Source of the DNA: Octopus vulgaris | Taxonomy: Eukaryota | Assembly (NCBI GenBank): GCA_951406725.2 | Contig: OX597816.1 | Span: forward strand, 131,564,001 to 131,628,000 | Direction of reading: 5' to 3' | DNA: 64,000 bases | Part shown: one piece after another, positions 1 through 13,254 of the stretch | Position numbering within the stretch: position 1 is the first letter of the stretch | How the letters are laid out: each line of letters starts with the position of its first letter | Translations under genes and position numbers: made by a program | The notes under the pieces: model-generated | What the model was told of the DNA's origin: nothing | Seen by the model: only the letters and a program-made list of their open reading frames with translations | The model's database searches: none

Positions 1-324
1 AAAACCAACAAAACCTGGAAGAAGAAGGGCTTCCCTCAGGGAAACATGATGCACTGTTGCAAAATCTGAAAGAAAGCTGCAATACTGATTCCCTTTAAGC
101 AGAATATTGAGGAAGCACTGAAAAAGTAGGGATCCAACAGGAGGGAAGCAGGAAAGACATTCTAGATTCAAGCACAACATAGTGGCAAACATAAGGTTTG
201 AACTGTTGACATCATGAACAGTTGATCAGTTCAATGATCCATAGTGATTTTAATATATGACACAATAAAATCCAAATTTAAGGAATATAGTCAAAATATG
301 TTTCTTCTTTCTGCTAGGAGCTTT

Positions 325-565
325 CATCATCATCATCTTCATCGTTTAACGTCCATTCTCCATGCTAGCATGGGTTGGGTGGTTCGACCGGGATCTGGGA
401 AGCCAGAAGGCTGCACCAGGCTCCAGTCTGATCTGGCAGTGTTTCTACTGCTGGATGCCCTTCCTAACGCCAACCACTCCATGAGTGTAGTGGGTGCTTT
501 TTACGTGCCAGGTGAGGCTGGCAATAGCCACGATTGGATTGGTGCTTTTTACGTGTCACTGGCAG
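325..565 (-). mobile_element. RTE-clade LINE 3' end, 5'-truncated, (GAT)n tail
   Basis: (CAT)n then gtttaacgtcc...catgctagcatgggttgg...ggatgcccttcctaacgccaacc and two ggtgctttttacgtg units; same sequence as the UTR joined to the RTE ORF end at 13780-14680. Confidence 0.85.
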
Positions 566-1014
566 AGCTTTCTTTTTATGATATAAATATATAGATAATG
601 TCAATAGCTGTGTTGAATTCACAAACAAAAGAATGAAAAAAATTTTAATAAAAAAAAATATGGAATAAAATATACAATTCACCATGGTAATGTTAGGTTT
701 TGTAGTTTGTTAAATATATTCATACAATGGACAACATAATAGACATAAGACTTATTTCTTATGTTAATAAATATATAGAGTCACTTGTCAGAACTTTTTG
801 TGATTAGGTGTTTTTATCTATCTTATCATATTGTGACCATTTCTCATGAACTGGGCATTTTTAGAGAAAGTGGAAAAGCAATAGCTAGGTGTTGAAACCA
901 GGGTTTACTAACTCTGCAAGTCAGCAACTACACATGTGTACATGTGGAGGACGATCAAAAGAAAGGAAGATATACGTGCATGTATGCTTATGTTTATTTT
1001 ACTGATGCTCCATA

Positions 1015-1590
1015 ACTATCATCATCATCATCATCATTATCCTCATCATCATCATCTTTTAATGTCCATCTTCCATGCATGCATGGATAGGATGGTTGAC
1101 AGGGGCTAGCCAGGCAGGAAAACTACCCTAGGCTACTGTGTCTGTTTTGGCAGGGATTTTACAGCTGGATGCTCTTCCTAACACCAACCACTCTGCAGAG
1201 TGGACTCAGTCCTTTTTACGTGACACTAGTACTAGTGAGGTTAGTTTTGGCATGACTTTCTCTGTTGGATATCATTCCAAATGCCAACCACGTTACAGTG
1301 TGGACTGGATGCTTTTAATGTGGCATCAGCACTGGCAGAGTAACCAAGTAACTTGCAAGACAAGGAATAATGAGAGGGATAGGGCATTTGAGGAGGGTAA
1401 CTTGTGTCAGAGGATGAAAGGTTAAAGTGTGACAAAGAGACAGAGAGACAGAAGCAGGTGTCTTTCCATAACAGAGGAGGCATTAGAGGAGTTGATCCAG
1501 TATCAAATGACGAAAGGTTAGAGCGTAACAGGGAAATTGAAAGGCAGAAATAGGTGTTTTGCTATAAAGGAGATACATGGTTACCCAGTG
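1015..1590 (-). mobile_element. Diverged RTE-type 3' UTR
   Basis: (CAT)n, aatgtccatcttccatgc, ctggatgctcttcctaacaccaacc, degenerate ctttttacgtg units. Confidence 0.65.
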
Positions 1591-1621
1591 AAAGAGAGAG
1601 AGAGAAAGAGAGAGAGAGATA

Positions 1622-1685
<64 letters not shown>

Positions 1686-1709
1686 TAGAGGGAGAGGGAG
1701 AGAGAGAAA

Positions 1710-1753
<44 letters not shown>

Positions 1754-1780
1754 AAAAAGAGATAGTGAGTGAGAGAGAGG
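1591..1780. repeat. (GA)n/(GT)n compound microsatellite
   Basis: Direct reading. Confidence 0.95.
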
Positions 1781-2624
1781 CACGAGAAAGAAGCCAGAAA
1801 CAAGTGTGCTGATGTAAAGGAGACACTTGGTTACCTAGAGGAAAACAAGAGAAGGAGAGTGAGAGTGACCAAAGGGAAACAGAAAGAGAGTAGGAAACAG
1901 TAAAAGTGTAAGAGAGAGCAGAAGAGAGCTGGTGTAGTGCTAGGGTATACTCACAAATAACAAGAATATGAATGTAGAACCTGGTTAGAAAAATAGGGTG
2001 TGGGTGTGGGGGATGTGGGGGATGTGGGGAGCAGTGATACAGTGAGCAAGGCAGTGAGAGCAAGAAAGGAGATTGGAAAACAGTCATAATTTGAGGAAAT
2101 GTGTGGAAGAGAAAGATGTAGTTAGTAAAAGAATTGTAGTTTGATTCCTTAGGATAAAGTGTGTGGGACACAACTCTTCTAGCATTCAGTTTCATGGATT
2201 GGTCTTCTCTAGAACCTTATATCTCCAAACATATTGGTCCACTGTCATTTTCTCCGTCACACACACACACACACACACATATATACACACATATATATAT
2301 ATACACATATATATACACAAGAAAGCATGTAAATGCAAAACAAGGAAGAAAAATAGTACTTGAATACCAAAGATAGAGTAATAAAATTACATACATACAT
2401 ACTCATCTATCTCTATGGCTGGACTACCCTTCCTGTCACTGGCTCACTGTTTCCAAACAAGTTAATTTTTCTCTGTGGCCAGACATGTTTTTGCATGGAA
2501 GATTAGAAAAGAATGACACCTGTTTACAATCATCATGCAATATCAAGACAAGGGGACAAACACAAGCACACACACTCGAACATACTCACATATGCATACA
2601 TACATAGACATACACATATATAAT

Positions 2625-4240
2625 CACCATCACTATCATTTAACATCTGAGTTCCATTCCATGCTGGTATGGGTTTGATGTTCAAAAGAATCTGAAAAGC
2701 TAGAAGATTGCATTGAGCTCCAGTGTCTTCTACCTCATGCTTTTTAAGGCTGGATCCCCTTTCTAATATCAAATGTTTAACAGTGTGTTATGGGTGCTTT
2801 TTTACATGGCACAAGCACTTGTGAGGTTACCAAATAGCTCAAAAGTTATGACCCTTTGAGTGAGCAGGAGCAGAGTACTGAAGGAGGTAGCTTTGTAACA
2901 GGAGTTGAGAGAAAAAAGTATGATGGAGGAACTTGAAGAAATGTTTTGCTGTAGAGTATATACATAGTTTCCCTAGCTGGAGTGAGAAAGGATGGTGGTG
3001 ATGAGGTGTCAGAAGATGGATAAATAGAGAATGTGGACAGGGAATCAAGGATGATTGGATGATTAGTTTTGTGAGGGTATGAAAAGGGAGGAACAGATGG
3101 GGATAGTGGGGATTGCAATAGGGATAGACATGGGGATGGCAGTGACTGCATTGAATGGTGAACACTTAATCAATAGTGGATCTCAGTTTGGGTGGGGCGA
3201 GGTTAAGGAAAATAGGAATGGGTTAGGGTGGGTAAGTTGGTAAGTGAGCAGCACATAATGGAAAAGAGGTCAGATGAAAAATAGAGGTGTGATGTGAATT
3301 GTGGGGGATGGGTGACAGAGACAAAGGTGAATATAGTGAGTGATAAACAAATGTGGGCTGGGGTATCAATGGTTGATATGAGGTGTTCAAGAGAAAGCAG
3401 TGTTAAGTGGAAAATAAAGTGGTAAGGGATGATATTGAGAATGCAGGGTGGGTAATAAGAGAAGTGGTTCCAAAGAGAGTAATAACTGGTAGCACAAAAG
3501 TAGGGATGAAATATGTGCAGTTTTGCTCTTATAAAATTACAGCAGCTGAGTAAATAGTGCCATAGTTAGAAGGGAAGGAGGAATGGATATCAGACAGATT
3601 AGTTGTGAGGAAGGTACAGATTGGGTGCAAGGGCATAGACATAAATAAAATGCTTTTAGGACCTCAGTTTTTGCTGAGATGGATGGAACTTCTGAAGTAC
3701 AATGAATCATTAATTATCTTGGTCCTTTGTCATCTCTGTTAAACTTCAACAACTTGAGATAGTGCTTCACTACTTTGTTACATATTTCTCTGGGTCTCTT
3801 TCTTTTACAGGCTTCCTTTACATTTAGCAATTGACGCTTCTTTATGCAGTTACCTTTATTCATCCCCATCACGTGAACATACCAGTGCAATCTTCCCTTT
3901 TATACACTTCATCTGATGCATTTATGCCTAATTTTTCTCTTAACACATTTGCACTTTGTCATCTGTGCACACTGACATTGCACATCCAGTGGAACATGCT
4001 AGCTTCGTTTTTTTCAAGTCTTTGCCTTTGCAGCCCACATTTCACTATCATATAATATTGCTATTTGTGCACAAGCAGCATACAGAGTGAAAGGCAATCT
4101 ACTTTTCACTCTGAGAGAGAGGCCTTTTGTTACCTCTGAACTTCTCCAGCCAGTTTGTATTCCAGCAACTATATTTTCAGAACATCCTCTTTCACTGCTA
4201 ATTAGGTGACCTAAGTAACAAAAACAATTTATACGTCTAA
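2625..4240 (-). mobile_element. Decayed RTE LINE: ORF C-terminus, purine-rich segment and tail
   Basis: Minus-strand translation FCYLGHLISSERGCSENIVAGIQTGW (4014-4253 ORF); tail motif ttccatgctggtatgggtt / ctggatccctttctaat at 2650-2770; continuity across 2830-3700 is inferred. Confidence 0.65.
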
Positions 4241-4280
4241 ATATCCTGGGCATTCAAGAAAATCTATTTCTGTGTGCTCC

Positions 4281-4442
4281 AATGGGTTTCTTTCAGTTTT
4301 TGTTTACCAAATCTACTTGCTTTCAAGGCTTTGGTCAAAACATACTTGCTCAAGATGCCATGTACTTTAAGTTATAGGACTGAACTTGAAACCTCATGAA
4401 TGGGAAGCAAGCTCATTAACCACATAATCATGTTTACACCTA
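4281..4442 (-). mobile_element. SINE-A head (tRNA-derived, CORE-like), degenerate
   Basis: tttctttcagtttttgtttaccaaatc...acttgctcaagatgcca matches the reverse complement of 60830-60990. Confidence 0.7.
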
Positions 4443-4574
4443 TGGGAGTAAACTGGGTTCTCTGAATATTGGAATAAGATGAGATAATAATAGCTGATTG
4501 CTTTTAATCACAAGCCTCTCAATCAAGATTTATCTGAAGCCAAACAGCAATAAAAACGATGAAGAAGCCTCTAC

Positions 4575-4822
4575 TTGGCCATTTTACCTGCTAGTAATAT
4601 CAGCTAAATATCCCTCAAATCACACACATCTTACTCCCATGCAGAAAGAAAACTACAATAAATACTTAAGTCTTAGTTCTGTGACCCTACCCAACTCTCT
4701 CCAGCACACACACACACACATGTACACACACACACATGCAAATAATAAGAGAGGGACTATGATTTGAATGTCATTCATCATAAGTCTACTCAGTCAGGGC
4801 TGACCTACAGATAACAACAACT
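4575..4822 (+). mobile_element. Interspersed repeat family E with (CAA)n tail
   Basis: cctgctag..atatcagctaaatatccctcaaatcacac...cagggctgacct...acaacaac; related copies at 7295-7455, 7645-7812, 38345-38575. Confidence 0.55.
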
Positions 4823-6439
4823 TTTTATAGAAAGGAAGGCTTATTTTCTCTTTCATATATAAAAAGCTTTCATTTATTTATGAAAATGGCAGTAGTCTGT
4901 GGACAAAGAAAAATGCATAAACAAGTTAACAACAGACGAATTGATTATTGATGTCTATGGCAGTAGCATTTATAGAGAAAGATTAATATAATGATTTTGG
5001 AATCGTTCAAGGTACTGGGTTTTTTTTTTCAGTTTTATTGTTTGTTGTTTTTTGTTTCTTATTTAATACTACTCCAACAAAGGAGGATGGAGAAGATAGT
5101 GGGGTGGATATTGGCCTAGTTGTTAATGCAGTGAGCAATGTCTTGTAGTAAGTTTACACAATGCTGTATGGTATAATGCTTCATTAATTTCAGAGTTATT
5201 ATCGTGATTGTATTTGTGTTTTATTTATTTATTTATTCATTTATTTATTTATTTATTTATTTATTTATATGCCATTGCAGCCAGACTTCAAAATATATAA
5301 ATGAATAAATGAATAAATAAATGATACATACATGAACAAATATAAATTGAGCATGCAAATTTGCAGTGAAATTTTGGGTATGGTTGATTATATCATGAAT
5401 GGCATATCATTTCAAAGATTACTGAAGTGATGAAAGGTAGGAAAATGACCCCTACGAAATTTGAACTTGGTATGGTTCTGCCAATCCACTGCACTTAATG
5501 ATGATGAAAGAAACAACAATAACAAAAAAAAAAAAACAAAAAAATTTCTAGCTTCCATTTTTTTGTTTTTCTTTTTATATTTCTTTTTGATATTCCTTTT
5601 AATTGTTTAAACTTACTAAATAAGCCGGAAATTGCTGTCTAAGAAACTGGTCTGTACATGTTTAGCTCATTGGAAAATAAAAGAAAAGTATTGTCCATTT
5701 ATTGAATGTTAAGTTGGTTTGTCAATCAACAGAAAAGGAAAGGATATATTGAACTTGAGAGGATTTTGACCTCAGAAACATAAGAATGATTAATTAAAAG
5801 TACATGAACTATTCAGAAAAATGTCTCTCACTTTTATTTCAAATACACATCCATCCACATCCTTGCATCAAACATTTACATATACATACCAGAAATTCTA
5901 TTGGGAGTAAGTTTGGGATAGTAGTGGTACCATGGATGAATAAAAGCCAACTAATGCTCTGTCTAAGCACAACCCAAAATTGGTGCCCTTGTAAACTCTT
6001 CTTTTGTCTAATTAATGAGGCATTAAGATGTAATATGTATTGAATGTGAAATAATAATAGATTTAAAATTTAGGGTTTTTTTCTTGATCAGACACCATAA
6101 TTCTATTAAATGTAATATTTTTTTAAAAAATTTCATTTCATATTAAATAGCATTAAATAAATTGTTTACTTGCTAGCAGGAACAATACAAATTTTTTTGA
6201 TCATTCAACAATGCAAACTTTATTTTATTTATTAAAATAAAACAAAACAAAACAAAACACAAACAAGCTATGTACCATTTGCATTGAGGTAGAACCAGCA
6301 CTGGAAAAAAACACCGATTCCCTATTTCTTTGGCTCTCTAAACATATGCTTATTTTTAAGGTCTTCATTTATTTTTATTTTTATTGTTACAGCATACTCA
6401 ATTACATAAATATCCACATTGAAATATAAATCAAAAACA

Positions 6440-6960
6440 GATGTGGCACCATTATCAGTGCTTTTTAAGTGGCATCAACACCAGTGCATTTTTATGTGGC
6501 ACCAGCACCCACGCCAGTGCTTTTTACATAGCACCTTGGTTTTTAGGATCTCAGTGCTGTTGTGGTGGGCAGTTCTCATAAGGTTCAGTATTTTGAGATT
6601 GGTCTTCAATACTTCATCCCATGTCTTCCTGGGTCTCCCTCTTCCACAACTTTCCTCCACTTTAAGTGTTTGGCACTTCTTTATGCAACTGTACTCGTCC
6701 ATCCACATCACATGACCAAACCAGCACAATCTCCTCTCTGGTACACTGAATATAATTCCTCTTATGCCCAATTTCTCTCTCACTACACCAATGCCATGTT
6801 GCAAAGACACACTGACATCACACATCCAGCAGAGCATATCAGTTTTGTTCCCCTCCAGCCTTTACATGTCTTCCATATTTAGAACCCACATCTCACTACC
6901 ACGTAGCATCTCAATTTGAAAACATGCATCATACAATCTTCCCTTCACTTGGAGAGAGAG
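6440..6960 (-). mobile_element. RTE LINE 3' fragment
   Basis: ORF 6475-6837: RRLCWFGHVMWM...GRGRPRKTWDEVLK, the RTE C-terminal motif, followed by UTR hairpin units. Confidence 0.9.
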
Positions 6961-7454
6961 AGAGAGATAAATATTTAATCTTTAGCTAGCAGACCAACAA
7001 TTAAATGTCAGTGAAAATGCAACCACATTTATAAATATGATGTAATGAGTGAGCTAAAGGGCCATCTGTGGGGAAACTTATTAGGATCAAGGGTGAATTG
7101 AGTGTAAGAACTTGTGATGAGGCAATCTGAAATGAGTCTTAAATTTCTCAAAAATATAGGTAACTTATATTGAATTAATCTTTGGGTTTAAATGATTAAA
7201 TCATTTTTTTTTCTTTTTCAAATGGGTTTTTAATTTAAATGAAGGTAAAGTTCCACCTACAAGAACAAGCAAAAGATTTTCCACTTCTCTTCTAGGGGCT
7301 TGATCAACCTGTTAGAAATAGCAACTAACTCTCTCTTAATTCACACCATACCATTATGAAAAAAATGATGAACTGTACATTGTAGTCCTAGATGCACTAT
7401 GCTTGAAAACTAGAAAGAATAAAAATAGCTGGCTGCCTTTGATCATAAGTTTGC

Positions 7455-7605
7455 ACCACCACTGCCACCGCCACCACCACCGCCACCACCGCCACTGTCG
7501 CTACCGCCACCACCACCATCACCACCACTGCCACCGCTGCAACCACCACCACCACCACCACCACCACTAACAATAACAATAACAATAACAAAAACAACAA
7601 CAACC
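7455..7605. repeat. (CCA/CCG)n then (CAA)n microsatellite
   Basis: Direct reading. Confidence 0.9.
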
Positions 7606-8767
7606 ATTTAGTATAATATATGTGCCAATAAAGGAATCTGTGTGTAGTCATTCGATCTGCTAGAAGCAGTATCCTACTGTTTTTTGGAAAGTATAGAGCA
7701 TATTGAATGTTTTCTTAGACATCCCTAGAAAATATAAACATGATAGTCATGGCTGGAATGCCTTTGATCATATGTCTGTTCATTCAGGCTGACTTGGATT
7801 ACAACTACAATAATTTAAAATATGTGCCAGATATTGAATTTGATCTTTTTTTTTTATTTTTACACAAAAATAACTTTGCCTTTATGTTAATTGACTCCAG
7901 AGTACATACGAAATGCTTAAATTAAAATTAAAATCTTTAAATGCCTGAGTAACTTCATAAATGATTAGTTGGTGGTGTATAGATTAATTATAATTGCTAT
8001 TAACATTGACTAGCTTCAGCAAGATCTTGATTTTCTATAACTGGGTAAAGAATTTAACAATTAATTTCACTCGGATTCAAAGACAGCATTAATACTTTTT
8101 AATGATTTTGTAATACAAAAGCAAGCATATGTCTAAATTAATTACTGCGTTATTTATAATTAAAATATTATATAAACAACTTGGATATTTATTTGTTGCT
8201 AATTACAAATATTTTGTTGCTGGCTCTTAGCCTGAGTACAAATGCACTATATTATAAATATAATTGTTTGTGCATACCCTCATGCACATGCGCATGCAGT
8301 CTCATACAAGCATATCATTATCATTACTCTGTATCCTTTTTCAATGTTGGCATGAGTTGGATGGGTTGTCACAGACAAAGACAGTTCTTCTTTGTAGTTA
8401 CTATCTCCATCTCCGAGAGAGATCAAAGGCCCATGTCTCATTTGTACATACCATTTTGGCATGGTTTCTACAACTGGATATCTTTCTTAACCTCCAACTG
8501 CTTTACAGAGTGTACTAGGTGGATAATCTATCATGGCACTAACATTAGATGGGTTGTTGTGACCTCAACTAAACTAAAGCATCTTCTTTACTCTCTACAT
8601 TGTCTTCATTCAGTCAAAGCAAATGTGATCAAGATGGTGAGTAAAAAAGATTGATGACTGAAAATGTGACAGAAAGATGACTGTGATAGGAGGAAGTTGA
8701 GTGATAGAAGTGAAAAGGGAGTGGGAAGGGAGTAATGGGAGAGAGACAGTGATAGACGATATATATA

Positions 8768-8828
8768 AATCCTTAGATCCTTAAAAATGTTTCAGCCCGA
8801 AGGCTTCGGCCATGCTGGGGCACCACCG
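8768..8828 (-). mobile_element. Tail-only retroposon fragment
   Basis: Reverse complement of 12287-12352; shares ggtgc(c/t)ccagcatggccg-hairpin-gaaaca with the SINE-A tail. Confidence 0.7.
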
Positions 8829-9128
8829 TTGTATGTGTGTATACCACCACCACCATCATCATCAGCATTTTAATGTCCACTTTTCATAGTTCATTATGTA
8901 CAGATTGTCTACGATTTGATGCTCTTCGAGTACGCAATCTTCACTTGCTTCCAAACAAAACAATATTTTCTTTAATCCTTAAAACAATGAGCAGTTCAAT
9001 GGCCTGACATATTGTGGAAGATTGTAAACAATAATGCCATTTGTATGGTGATTTGTTTTTAATCAGAGTGCAAATATCAAGACAGGGATAATACACACAC
9101 AAACACACACACACACATATGCAAATAT

Positions 9129-9271
9129 GATGGGCTTCTTACAGTTTCCTTCCATTGATTTCATTCAAAAGGCATTGGTCAAACCAAGGCCATGACAGAT
9201 ACCATGCAATGGGAATGAACCCTAAACCTTGTGGTTTCAAAGCAAACTTCTTATCTACATGATCATGCCTG

Positions 9272-9272
<1 letters not shown>
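9129..9272 (-). mobile_element. SINE-A head
   Basis: gatgggcttcttacagtttcc...ccatgcaatgggaatgaacc...agcaaacttctta. Confidence 0.7.
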
Positions 9273-9312
<40 letters not shown>

Positions 9313-9329
9313 CAGACACACATACACAG

Positions 9330-9842
9330 ATGTTAGGGGTGATGTGATTGCAGAAATTGTCTGACAGCCATAAATGGGTTCTCCTGCTTGTGTAACATGG
9401 TGCAGAGTCCTGTTGTTAGATATAAGGTCTTCCAGTAGCCACCGTCTTGGCCGGGGGTAGCACTACCTCCTCCATTCACTTGATGTAGGCATCTGTGCTG
9501 AGTGTGAAGCCATGTGGGAAAATGAATGGAGGTATAACGTTGTCATCAATAGTGATCACTCTAAACACCATGATGTTGACTGGTTGTTTGATTTTTATCA
9601 TTCGGTACATGTACTGTCCTCAGATTGATACCCAGACACTCTGAAATGTTTGTATTGGAGCTTCTGGCATGAATGCCAAGCAATACAGCATGTTGTTTCC
9701 AAATTTATGGCAGAATGAATTGCAACATGGTGCTGTTTTTTTTTCACAGATAGTGCCCAACTGACCCTACTATACTATGTAAACAAACAATGCACATACA
9801 TGAAATTAAAAATATAAAATGCGACAATTTACCTATCACACC

Positions 9843-9846
<4 letters not shown>
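9330..9846 (-). mobile_element. Tc1/mariner-superfamily transposase relic with one terminus
   Basis: Minus-strand translation KQPVNIMVFRVITIDDNVIPPFIFPHG...YI*QQDSAPCYTSRRTHLWLSDNF; terminus cagggtgtgatagg next to (TA)n. Confidence 0.75.
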
Positions 9847-9892
<46 letters not shown>

Positions 9893-10025
9893 TATGTGTG
9901 TAGTGTCTGATGATTGTGCTAGGACATCACACATGTTAAAAACCACTGTTTAGCATGGTCTCAGCACATGAAACTAATAGTAACACATAAAACATATATT
10001 GTGTTTATCAAATAATATATATATG

Positions 10026-10061
<36 letters not shown>

Positions 10062-10066
<5 letters not shown>

Positions 10067-10190
10067 AGCTTCCTTCAGTTTCTGTTTACCAAATCTACTC
10101 AGAAAGCTTACCCAAGGTGCCATGCAATGGAATTGAACCCAGAACCATGTGTTTGGGAAGCAAACTTCTTACTACACAACTATGTCTGAG
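10062..10190 (-). mobile_element. SINE-A head, internally deleted
   Basis: ttcagtttctgtttaccaaatc...cccaaggtgccatgcaatggaattgaacccagaaccatgtg. Confidence 0.75.
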
Positions 10191-10384
10191 TCTTTTTTCA
10201 ATAAGATTCTTAATGTAAACTTTCTTTTGTGATATTGGAATATTCTTCACTGAATATAAGGTAGGCTATTGTTCTATGCTGGTTTGCTTTTATAACTTGC
10301 TCTGAAGATTTTGTGAAAAGATTTTGTGGTCCTAACCTCAAAATATTGAAATACAAGGTAAATGAGCAAACCACCAGCTTGTAT

Positions 10385-10835
10385 TCATCATCATCATCAT
10401 CATTTAATATCTGCCGTCCTTGATGACTTGGGTTACACAGTTTGACCAGAGCTGGTAAGCTGGAAAGCTGTACCAAGTTTCCATTATCTGTTTTGGCTTA
10501 GTTTCTATAGCTGGATGTCCTTCCTTATGCCAACCATTGTACAGAGTGTATTTGGTGTCTTTTACGTGTCACCAGTATGAGTACCTTTTACATGTCACTG
10601 GTATAGATGCCTTTTATATGTCATTGTCAGAGATGCCTGTTACATATCACTAGCACAGGTGCATTTTATGCACCACAGGCATTGGCCATGACCATAATTT
10701 CACTTAGCTTGATGTTTTCTCAAGCACAGCAAGTTGCCAGAAATTTTGGTCACTTGTCATCATCTCTATGAGACTTAACAGCTGAAGATCATGTTTCACC
10801 ACCTTATCCCATGTCTTCCTGGGTCTATTACTTCT
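10385..10835 (-). mobile_element. RTE LINE 3' end with ~24-bp UTR repeat units
   Basis: (CAT)n tail, ctggatgtccttccttatgccaacc, five ggtgccttttacgtgtcac-like units, then ccatgtcttcctgggtct (RPRKTW). Confidence 0.85.
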
Positions 10836-11130
10836 TATAGCTTGCATAGTTTTGACCTTAGAAAATTATTTAAAACATTTATATATATAGAGAGAGAGAG
10901 CAGTTGCCATATTTCATTCCATAGCAACTATCTCTGATGAGTGCAGGGTTACACAAATGGACTGTTATCTAACACTCCGTTGAGCCCCTACACACATACA
11001 TACATACATATATATAAATATAAATAAATAAATAAATAAATAGATATATATATATATACACACATATACATAAATGCATTTGTACATACATGCATACAAT
11101 CCTTCAGGAAATGATGGGTTAACAACAAAA

Positions 11131-11181
<51 letters not shown>

Positions 11182-11894
11182 ACAATGTAAAGCAGAAATG
11201 CCACAAAATATTTGAAAATAAACTTCTAATTTGCTTGGTTACTGGGGTTCTGTTAAGTTAATGATAAAATATAATGTAGTGATGTACAGAAGGTGTGAAA
11301 AAGCAATACATGAAAATTGGAAACTTGGAAAATAATGTCATAACTTTGTCAATGATGAAGATAGGGAAAGTGCCAAAAATAGAGTAAGTTGGCTTGTGAC
11401 CAAAGCCATAAAATGATCTTTATCTGCATCACATTCTGATGAATGGAAGGAGCCCAGAATGTTTCATTTGTCACTCTTCATGACATTTAAACTTATTGAA
11501 CTCTTCTATGAATCTATGTAATAAAACTGAGCTTGTGCTATGTCAAGAAAGTAATCAATTGTAGATACTAGCTAAAGTAACTGAAAAGAAATAATTTTTA
11601 TATTCTAGAATTCTAAATTAGTTTCATAAGTTGTTGATCATAAGTTGTTGATCATAACGGTATCCAATTAGTTTCATAAGTTGTTGATCATAACGGTATC
11701 CAATACCTTTGTATTCAGGCAGACTTTGACGTATATTTCAATATTTCATCTTGTCTTCTATTGATGTTTGGTAAACTACAAGACTTACTGAGTATGTGTG
11801 TGCATTTACACACACATATATATATATATTTAGAGAGTGATAGACAGATATATGAATGTATGCATGAAAGTATGTGTGTGTATATATATATTTG

Positions 11895-12280
11895 TATCCC
11901 TGCTGTAAGACTTTACTTCCACACATGCCAACTTAATCTAATTTGTCCTTAGTTGAAAGACACCTGTTGTTATGTCCTGTTATTTGTATTTGTGTAACCT
12001 TCTCCGTTTTTTTCCATCCTTGTTTTCATATACATTCGATGCTTTCTTCCGAGGAATCTGATGCTCTTAGCTTAGTTTTTCCTTGGGACTGGCAAGATTG
12101 GAGCAATCTCAAGTATAACCAGCTGAAATTGCAAAGATAATCTGGAACTCGACTGAGGAAATAAAACTCCGAATGACCTGTCCTTGTTTTCTTTGTATCA
12201 TCTATCTGGATGTTTAGTTGTCCTTTTCTTGTATCACCTGTCTGGATGTTTTGCGTTCTTGTCCCATTTTGTATTTTATA
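11895..12280 (+). mobile_element. Putative Penelope-like terminal-repeat fragment in (TA)n
   Basis: TA-flanked; CTGAGGA...ccGAAT degenerate hammerhead-like motif at 12153-12175; loosely related to 56290-56960. Confidence 0.4.
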
Positions 12281-12286
12281 TATATA

Positions 12287-12352
12287 GCGGTGGTGCCCCA
12301 GCATGGCCGCAGCCTTCGGGCTGAAACATTTTAAAGGATTTTTAAAGGATTT
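12287..12352 (+). mobile_element. Tail-only retroposon fragment
   Basis: gcggtggtgccccagcatggccgCAGCCttcgGGCTGaaaca followed by repeated ttttaaaggat. Confidence 0.7.
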
Positions 12353-12369
12353 ATATATATATATATATA

Positions 12370-12525
12370 GGGTTGGCTGTGTGGTTAAGATGATTGCTTT
12401 GGAACTGCATGGTTATGGCTTTGGTTCCACTGTGTGGACACTGTCAATTTGTACCCTGTACTATGACTGGGGTCAACCAATACTTTGTGAATGAAATTGG
12501 TAGTTGGAAACTGAAAAACCCTTCA
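12370..12525 (+). mobile_element. SINE-A head, diverged
   Basis: tggctgtgtggttaag A-box region ... ggaaactgaaaaaccc. Confidence 0.65.
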
Positions 12526-12591
12526 TTAATGTATATATATATATACATATATACATACAGACATACATACAAACATACATACATACATACA

Positions 12592-12623
<32 letters not shown>

Positions 12624-12631
12624 CATATATA

Positions 12632-12785
12632 TATTGGGTCATTCCATAAATTATGTGTTTTTTATACTTCTTTTATTTTTCAAAATTAAGATAAACAAAG
12701 TTCTTTTTAATCTAAAATATACTCTCTTTCATATTTTACAATGTTCTTCCATCTATCTGGTAGACTTGCAAAGCCCCTCTTCCAA
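12632..12785 (-). mobile_element. Mariner 3' end with TIR
   Basis: Minus-strand translation WKRGFASLPDRWKNIVK..EYILD*; terminus ttgggtcattccataa next to TA. Confidence 0.75.
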
Positions 12786-12811
12786 GTTTGCATCTCAACC
12801 ACATAGTTCTG

Positions 12812-13073
12812 GGGTAGAAAGGGCTCCTTAGCCGTAGTGAAGGCAATCTGTCTAGGGAGATAACCTTACAATAAATCACTGGGTCCGTAGCTTAGAAATA
12901 CTGGGTTGATGTCCAGCGGGAACAGCTTTGTTTCATGGAGGAGGAAAGATCTTCTTTAGTACTTGGTTGTACAATGCTTTCCAATGTGTGTAGTAGTGGC
13001 GCGCGCACACATTATTAGCCATTTGAAAAGACTATGAAAGTCTCGACCACGGTCGAACAATGATGATGATGAT
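12812..13073 (+). mobile_element. Unclassified (GAT)n-tailed insertion splitting a SINE-A head
   Basis: SINE-A sequence caaccacatagttctggg resumes as tctaggttcagttccattgcatggcacc after the (GAT)n tail. Confidence 0.65.
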
Positions 13074-13117
13074 CTAGGTTCAGTTCCATTGCATGGCACC
13101 TTGGGCAAGTGTCTTCT

Positions 13118-13149
<32 letters not shown>

Positions 13150-13254
13150 AATATATATATAAATGTATACACAAATATATATATATATATGTATAAAATA
13201 TATAATATATATATATGTATATTAGAAGGTTTGGAGATGATGTACAGGTATTAT

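Noticed and set aside
1483-2376. Long ORFs rich in SL/ER/HT/YI dipeptides (also near 21455, 37182, 47112, 50011, 57080, 62634)
   Set aside because: Translations of microsatellites
11616-11704. Regulatory repeat array
   Set aside because: Simple local 13-bp and 36-bp tandem duplications
12150-12185. Functional hammerhead
   Set aside because: CTGAGGA is present but GAAA reads GAAT and stem II is missing
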